From a virus (lineage: Duplodnaviria; Caudoviricetes), in the IMG/VR virus record IMGVR_UViG_3300037488_001194, positions 1 through 56,586 of that record: a stretch of DNA of 56,586 nucleotides. One strand, written 5' to 3'. The notes under the pieces were generated by a model, which searched no databases, was not told where the DNA came from, and was given only the letters and a program-made list of their open reading frames with translations. Positions 51,071 through 56,586 of the stretch are shown in pieces (position 1 is the stretch's first letter; each line of letters starts with the position of its first letter). The position numbers and the translations under genes are program-made.

Positions 51071-52375
51071 GTGCCAGCATACTTCCCTGAGAATAATAAT
51101 CCGCTACCGCTAGATACGGAAGTTCGATCGCTTCAAAAAATTAATGATTTGTTAAGAGGCGGAATCGGTCTTTCTCTCGCCAACAGTGGTCTTGGCTCAG
51201 ATGCTTTTGGCCGTCTTCGTGTATCCGAGCCATTTACCCTTTTTGATTCCAGCCATCGGTACCGAGATAACGGGTTGTGGAATTCGTCCGTAGCTACGGG
51301 CGGTGCTGTATCTTTTAACGCTAACCAAGGATTGATAGACCTTAGTGTTACGGCTGCCTCTGGTTCCAAAGTGCTTCGTGAGACCACAAAAGTCTTTTCG
51401 TATCAGCCTGGAAAATCTTTGCTAGTACTTAATACTTTTGTTTTTGCTGGGGCCAAGACAAACTTACGTCAACGTGCCGGTTATTTTAGCACGGACAACG
51501 GAATCTTTTTACAGCTAGACGGAAATACTCTGAGCTTTGTGGAGCGTAGCTTGTCTACGGGTACGACGACTTCCATCAATCAAGCTAATTGGAATGGAGA
51601 TAAACTTGATGGTTCTGGAGCTTCTGGTTTTACCCTTGATATCTCTAAAGCTCAAATCATGTGGATGGATATTGAATGGCTTGGTCTTGGGACCGTAAGA
51701 GTTGGTTTTGTGATCAATGGTCAATTTATTACTTGCCATTCTTTCCACCATGCAAATCTTATCACTTCAACCTATATCACTACAGCTAGTCTTCCCCTTA
51801 GGGTTGAGATTGAAAACACAGGTGAAACATCTGGTTCTAGCACTCTAAAACAAGTATGCTCGACCGTTATCTCAGAGGGTGGTTACCAATTAAATGGAGC
51901 GCAACAAGCAGCCTCTACCCCAATTTTAGATGCTTATACGCTCGTTACCGCTGGGACATATTACCCGATTGTATCAATAAGACTTAAGAGTACCAGACTG
52001 GATGCTATAGCTGTTTTGACAGCACTTTCTTTTTTGCCAACTGAGACTAATGATTACAACTGGCAAGTACGGGCCGCATGCACAACTGCCGACGGATCTT
52101 GGGGCAATGTGAATACTGATAGTGCTGTCGAATACAATCTTACTGGGACTGGTGTAAGCGGTGGTAGAATCTTGGCTTCTGGATTTGTTAAATCTACAGC
52201 TACTGTTGGTCCTAGTATTGACATATTAAAGGAAGCTCTTTTCCGCTTCCAGTTAGAGCGTAATACTTTTACAAACACCCCGTTTGAACTTTCTTTTGTT
52301 GTAGCAACTTCTGGGTCTGGGACGGTAAACAAAGATGTCTTTGCCTCAATGGATTGGGAAGAAGTTTCTCGGTAG
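51071..52375 (+). CDS. Virion structural protein (beta-rich, DAFGRLRVS family)
   Basis: DAFGRLRVSEP.TLFDS, YQPGKS, WNGDKLDG and DIEWLG.G.VR.GF motifs common in aquatic phage structural proteins. Confidence 0.65.
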   Translation: MPAYFPENNNPLPLDTEVRSLQKINDLLRGGIGLSLANSGLGSDAFGRLRVSEPFTLFDSSHRYRDNGLWNSSVATGGAVSFNANQGLIDLSVTAASGSKVLRETTKVFSYQPGKSLLVLNTFVFAGAKTNLRQRAGYFSTDNGIFLQLDGNTLSFVERSLSTGTTTSINQANWNGDKLDGSGASGFTLDISKAQIMWMDIEWLGLGTVRVGFVINGQFITCHSFHHANLITSTYITTASLPLRVEIENTGETSGSSTLKQVCSTVISEGGYQLNGAQQAASTPILDAYTLVTAGTYYPIVSIRLKSTRLDAIAVLTALSFLPTETNDYNWQVRAACTTADGSWGNVNTDSAVEYNLTGTGVSGGRILASGFVKSTATVGPSIDILKEALFRFQLERNTFTNTPFELSFVVATSGSGTVNKDVFASMDWEEVSR

Positions 52376-52379
52376 GGAC

Positions 52380-52407
52380 TTGACACCCCGCATCAACTAG
52401 TTACATC
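52380..52407 (+). promoter_or_regulatory. sigma70-like promoter of the major capsid gene
   Basis: TTGACA-16-TACATC. Confidence 0.6.
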
Positions 52408-52625
52408 GTATCTCAGTTCTTTGGCAGAGGTGTCGATGCGATGGGGCTAACTCGCCTGCGCCCTACAGGCTACGCTTAAATGACACCGACGCGGTATCCG
52501 ACGGCTAACGGATATCCAACTAACTTCTAGGGCTTGCCGGCTCTTAAAATAAGAAACGACAAAGAGACACGCTCATCGTGTGATGAGAAGTCTTCAGTCA
52601 TTACTTCAACAAGGAGATAACTAAT

Positions 52626-53849
52626 ATGGCATGTACAAATATTGAGAATCTTCTGATTACTGAGTCCGGCCGTATCGGTGCGGATATCTATCGGAAGACT
52701 TTGAACACGTCCCCGTGGACGACTCTGGTCAAGCAAGAATCTTGGCCGGATGAAATGGGCACAACTGTTAACGTTCTGATCTATGAGCGGACCCTGCCGG
52801 CTTCCGGCGCTGGGATCACGTTCTCTGACGTAGCGTATAACGGTGTCGGCACCCAAGTCATCGGCGCTACCCCGACTGGTTCTAACACCGGACCCGGAAC
52901 CTGCGCTGTGGCTGGTAACGACCTCGGCTTCGCCCAGACCCTCCGTACCTATAACCTCCAACAGGCTGCAATCAACTCCCCTGATATCTGCTTGAACGAC
53001 CTTCGCTTCCCCGTGAAGCGGCAGGAACAGCTCCGCAACATCATGGCAGTTCTGACTGAGAACACGCAGTATGCTTGGGAAAACCGTTACCGTGACGAAT
53101 ACGTTCGTCTCGCTAACTACAACGTAAACGCTAACCAGACCGAACTCTTGGCGGCTTCCGGCCAGACCAAAGGTTCGTTCAGCACGAGCAATCTGCCTAC
53201 GAGCCGGTTGACCCAGGGAATCCTGCGGTACTTCTACTCTCGGTTGATTCGTGACGGCGCTGGTCAGAATGCATACGGCAAAGAAAACGGTGCTCCCGTG
53301 TTCTTGCTCGTTACCTCCCCCGAGGCTTCTGACGACCTGATCAAGCTCAACGCGGACATCCGTCAGGATCTCCGTTATGCGAAACCCAGCGAATTGATCC
53401 AGCCCCTCGGCGTGGAACGTAGCTATGCTGGTTTCTACCACTTGGTAGACACCATGACTCCCCGCTACGATCTCGTCGGTGGTGTGTGGACTCGTCGCTT
53501 CCCGTATGCCACAGATGCTAACGCATCGAAGGGCACTCGGTTCATCCCGAATCCCGCGTACTTCACGGCGGAATACGAAGATTCTATTATCTTCCATCCC
53601 GACGTGTTCACCTCGCTGGTCGCGAAGCCCATCAGCTCCACCGGAGCTATGGCATTCGACCCGCAGAGCTACCGCGGTGACTTCCGCTGGCGGAATATCC
53701 CCAGCCGGGATTGTAACCCTGACGGCACGATCGGATTCTTCCGGGCTATCTTTAGCTCCGGTTCGAAACCCGTTCGTCCCGAGCTCGGTGTGGTTATCCG
53801 CCACAAGCGCTGCGCGGCCGACTTCGGCCTCGTTGGTTGCTACTCGTAA
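52626..53849 (+). CDS. Major capsid protein
   Basis: 407 aa, AAGGAG SD, C-ending codon bias, own promoter and strong terminator, position after the scaffold. Confidence 0.85.
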   Translation: MACTNIENLLITESGRIGADIYRKTLNTSPWTTLVKQESWPDEMGTTVNVLIYERTLPASGAGITFSDVAYNGVGTQVIGATPTGSNTGPGTCAVAGNDLGFAQTLRTYNLQQAAINSPDICLNDLRFPVKRQEQLRNIMAVLTENTQYAWENRYRDEYVRLANYNVNANQTELLAASGQTKGSFSTSNLPTSRLTQGILRYFYSRLIRDGAGQNAYGKENGAPVFLLVTSPEASDDLIKLNADIRQDLRYAKPSELIQPLGVERSYAGFYHLVDTMTPRYDLVGGVWTRRFPYATDANASKGTRFIPNPAYFTAEYEDSIIFHPDVFTSLVAKPISSTGAMAFDPQSYRGDFRWRNIPSRDCNPDGTIGFFRAIFSSGSKPVRPELGVVIRHKRCAADFGLVGCYS

Positions 53850-53865
53850 TCTGAGTAACTGAATT

Positions 53866-53907
53866 GAAGGGGGGCGTAGGTCACATCCCTGCGCCTCCCT
53901 TCTTTTT
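53866..53907 (+). terminator. Rho-independent terminator after capsid
   Basis: gaaggggggcgtagg-tcacatc-cctgcgcctcccttc-TTTTT. Confidence 0.9.
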
Positions 53908-53913
53908 ATAAAC

Positions 53914-54258
53914 ATGAATTGCGGATGTCCCGAGTGCGCAGCGAAAAGAGGTCGTGGTACTACCATGGTCGTGATTGCTGTCACTCCTAAAAGAGGAGAT
54001 AAAAATATGAAGATTGCTACGTTTGCAGTCCCGAAGGGTTTCACTCCGCCCGAAGGCGTCGTCGAGGGAGACACGTTCGAAGCTATGGCCACGTTTAAAC
54101 ACGGTGGCAAATCTTTGGACTTGGTTTCTATCGAAGGAGCCGAAGCGGAAATGCCTGAGATGGAAGAAGGTGAAGAGATGGCCAGCAAAGCACCCGCTGA
54201 AGCTGGATTCGCCGAAGCTATCGAAATGGCTGCTGCCCCTGAAGGAAAGATGGCTTAA
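53914..54258 (+). CDS. Acidic hypothetical protein
   Basis: Start uncertain (53914, or 54007 after AGAGGAG). Confidence 0.5.
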   Translation: MNCGCPECAAKRGRGTTMVVIAVTPKRGDKNMKIATFAVPKGFTPPEGVVEGDTFEAMATFKHGGKSLDLVSIEGAEAEMPEMEEGEEMASKAPAEAGFAEAIEMAAAPEGKMA

Positions 54259-54573
54259 GTGAAGCGTGAGGTGAAGGGCGAAGGCTGGAGAGAGTTCGTC
54301 TGCGCGATTGTCGAGCAGGGACTCCATGATCTAGACTTCGCCCTCACCGCACCTATTGGTCGTAAGCTCGATCCGAAGAACTCGTTCACCGCTTTACATT
54401 TTGATTTGTTTTTTGATCAAGTTCCTGGGCTGTGCGAAGCTGCCAACATCCGAGTATCCGCCGAAGCTATCGAAAGAAAAGTAAGAGGAAAGATTGACAA
54501 ACTACGAACTATCAGGAATAGAAGGAGGGAGAAACTATGTCAGAACCAACTCAAGCCAATATCGAATTCGTAA
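54259..54573 (+). CDS. Hypothetical protein
   Basis: AIVEQG..D motif; coupled. Confidence 0.5.
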   Translation: MKREVKGEGWREFVCAIVEQGLHDLDFALTAPIGRKLDPKNSFTALHFDLFFDQVPGLCEAANIRVSAEAIERKVRGKIDKLRTIRNRRREKLCQNQLKPISNS

Positions 54574-54851
54574 GCCAACTCCGAAGGGCTTTGCTTTTCG
54601 GGCAAATTACCCGCGATCAATTGCGTGGTACCACCGGTGAAAACCTACAAGGAAGTAGTGCTTACCCAGCTTCCGATGAATTTGTCCGTAACTTCCAACG
54701 TGCAGTTGAAAATGGACAGGTTACCAACGCTCAGATTGCTGATCCTAGCTTGATCGAATCTGTTGATACTTACGCTCGTGCTAGCAATGCTTTTGTTTTG
54801 GAATGCAATAGGGCAGGTGCTTTTGGTCAGCTCGTAACGACTGTTACCTAA
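54537..54851 (+). CDS. Small protein built of three ~22-aa repeats
   Basis: ANIEFVSQLRRALLFGQI / ASDEFVRNFQRAVENGQV / ASNAFVLECNRAGAFGQL; AAGGAGG SD. Confidence 0.65.
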   Translation: MSEPTQANIEFVSQLRRALLFGQITRDQLRGTTGENLQGSSAYPASDEFVRNFQRAVENGQVTNAQIADPSLIESVDTYARASNAFVLECNRAGAFGQLVTTVT

Positions 54852-54861
54852 GGAGACTTAA

Positions 54862-55446
54862 ATGCAGACAAATGCACCAGCGACGAGTGAGTGGGTTGAT
54901 CAATTTAATAGGGCGGTTACTTTTCGTCAGATTGATATTGATCAAGCCGCACTTCCAGCTCATGCGGCTACGCATGCTGTGGATGGGTCTGACCCCGTCT
55001 CTGCCGCTTCTATCGGTGCTTCTTCCTACGCCGTCTACACTTTCACACACGCCTCTTGGTCTCCCGGCGCCTCTGGTGCTACTGGCTTCATGGGCTTCCC
55101 AGTTGACGTAACACCTCCGACTACAGCGGCTACTAGAGAGATTATCTTCCCCTATAGCGGAACTGTAATTGGTGCTGCTCTTGTGATGTCGTGTTCTACG
55201 GGCACCGTCCAAGGAGCTGGTGCAGCAATTGGATTGTGGAATAAAAATACATCTAGTCTTGTTGGAAATTTATTCACAACTGGGATTGATTATACGGCTA
55301 CCGGTGGTGGTTTAGTATCTCTTACTTCTACCGATCTAAATCTAGCTGTTGTCGCTAATACCGACTACGCTATCCGCTTGACCATCCCTACTTTCACATC
55401 GGCTCCTACTTCTGTTAAACATGGTGTATATTTGTTTTTCCGATGA
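54862..55446 (+). CDS. Fibre / decoration protein
   Basis: Shared N-terminal module, HAATHAVDGSD motif, beta-rich C-terminal domain. Confidence 0.6.
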   Translation: MQTNAPATSEWVDQFNRAVTFRQIDIDQAALPAHAATHAVDGSDPVSAASIGASSYAVYTFTHASWSPGASGATGFMGFPVDVTPPTTAATREIIFPYSGTVIGAALVMSCSTGTVQGAGAAIGLWNKNTSSLVGNLFTTGIDYTATGGGLVSLTSTDLNLAVVANTDYAIRLTIPTFTSAPTSVKHGVYLFFR

Positions 55447-55601
55447 GCAATCCAACTTATTCTCTTAAGCCATATTCGTTCTTCAACGAAGTATCCAAAA
55501 AAGAACAAGACGGCACTTTGATTGTTTACACTAATGGTTTGGAAGTTATTGAAGAAGAGTATTACGGAGACGTCCGAGAGGGCTACGAAGAGGTGAAGTA
55601 A
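55443..55601 (+). CDS. 52-aa hypothetical protein (not in ORF track)
   Basis: ATGA overlap; fills the gap between the two fibre genes. Confidence 0.5.
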   Translation: MSNPTYSLKPYSFFNEVSKKEQDGTLIVYTNGLEVIEEEYYGDVREGYEEVK

Positions 55602-55602
55602 T

Positions 55603-56562
55603 ATGGCTGTGAGCCAAACAAATGCTCCAGCTAATAGTAATTTTGTAGACGATTTTAATCGCGCTCTACAATATAAACAGATTTTAGCTTTTGGTCCCTC
55701 GAATGTCCCCCTTCACGCATATACGCATTTTGCTGGCGGAGTGGATGCGATTACTGCTTCGGACATAAATGCCGTTGACCTAACAGACCCTAGACTTACT
55801 GACGCTAGAACCCCAACTCTTCATGCCTCTACCCATCAACACGGTGGAAGCGACGAAGTGGCAACCGCCTCTTCGGTAGCAAACGGTATCCCTAAAGCTG
55901 CTTCTTCAGGTCTTTTGGATATCGGGTGGTTGCCGACAGGTACCTCCTCTACCACTCTTTGTGTCGGTAATGACGCGAGGCTCTCAAATTCGAGAACCCC
56001 CACAGCTCACAAATCTACTCACGCTACCGGGGGAACTGACATACTCCTACCTTCAGATATTGGTGCTGCCAATTTGGTTCATACCCATATTCCGTCGGCC
56101 ATAACTGGTTTGATCCTATCTAATCATATGGATTACAGCCACGCTGCGACTAACCCCGCTTTAGGTGGTCAGACGTATTACTTCGCTACCGCATCTGATC
56201 TTGCTGCAGTTACTATCGACGACAACAGACTTTTTGCCACGCCGTACCCCTTTACTATAATTGGTGCTTCTATTACTATTAATAATCCCAGTACTTTCGC
56301 TACAGGCAACCAGACAGTAACGTATAGGCTTTGGAACTATACAACCCAAGCTTCTGCTGGAACTATTTACAGCGCCTCCGGTGTAAATAATCACAACGCA
56401 AGAACAGTTACAATTAACGTTACCGGTTTAAATATTCCGATGGTTACCACTAACCAATATTCGATTGAGTGGGTATTCGGTTCTGGGTTTAGCGTAGCTC
56501 CAACTGGTGTACGCCAAGAAATAAACCTCTTCGTCAAAATTAACTACGCGAGCTATGTATGA
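55603..56562 (+). CDS. Fibre / decoration protein with HxxTHxxGGxD repeats
   Basis: D.RL.D/N.RTPT.H..TH..GG.D repeats; C-terminal domain paralogous to that of 54862..55446. Confidence 0.65.
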   Translation: MAVSQTNAPANSNFVDDFNRALQYKQILAFGPSNVPLHAYTHFAGGVDAITASDINAVDLTDPRLTDARTPTLHASTHQHGGSDEVATASSVANGIPKAASSGLLDIGWLPTGTSSTTLCVGNDARLSNSRTPTAHKSTHATGGTDILLPSDIGAANLVHTHIPSAITGLILSNHMDYSHAATNPALGGQTYYFATASDLAAVTIDDNRLFATPYPFTIIGASITINNPSTFATGNQTVTYRLWNYTTQASAGTIYSASGVNNHNARTVTINVTGLNIPMVTTNQYSIEWVFGSGFSVAPTGVRQEINLFVKINYASYV

Positions 56563-56586
56563 AACTAGGAACCTACGAAGTTAAAC

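Noticed and set aside
52527-54188. 553-aa antisense ORF opposite the capsid gene
   Set aside because: Shadow of the strongly codon-biased capsid gene; it runs across the terminator and has no recognisable motifs.
54862-56562. Paralogous fibre tips as a diversity-generating retroelement
   Set aside because: No reverse transcriptase and no near-identical template/variable repeat pair differing at adenines; similarity is at protein level only.
1-56586. Stop-codon reassignment, tRNA genes, introns or inteins
   Set aside because: Core genes are full length in the standard code with all three stops used; no cloverleaf with a T-loop consensus was spotted; PolA, TerL and helicase have normal sizes.

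Overview
Most of the genome of a tailed dsDNA bacteriophage with podovirus-type architecture. No RNA polymerase, integrase, tRNA or CRISPR array is visible. The contig is circularly permuted and cut inside the tail/fibre module: the ORF at position 1 is 5'-truncated, another starts at 56559, and no recognisable tail-nozzle gene is present. Plus-strand late module: terminase large subunit, portal, scaffold, a three-gene glycosyl/methyltransferase block, major capsid, fibre/decoration genes, then (wrapping round) tail fibre, chaperone, a duplicated adaptor, three ejection proteins including a 3108-aa polyvalent protein, a lysozyme and small basic proteins. Minus-strand early and replication modules: rIIA/rIIB, GP88, two tandem C5-methyltransferase-like genes, WcbI-like and UPF0489-like genes, primase-helicase, PolA, SSB-like, DUF2800 nuclease, SF2 helicase and RuvC-like resolvase. 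A control region at about 29.9-31.0 kb carries iteron-like repeats, an AT-rich tract and IHF-consensus sites. The most striking observation is that the giant putative ejection protein contains sigma70 region-2/region-4-like segments directly beside an H-Y-E ADP-ribosyltransferase and a zincin-like motif, suggesting a virion-delivered transcription-takeover module. All calls come from motif recognition by eye; no searches were run.
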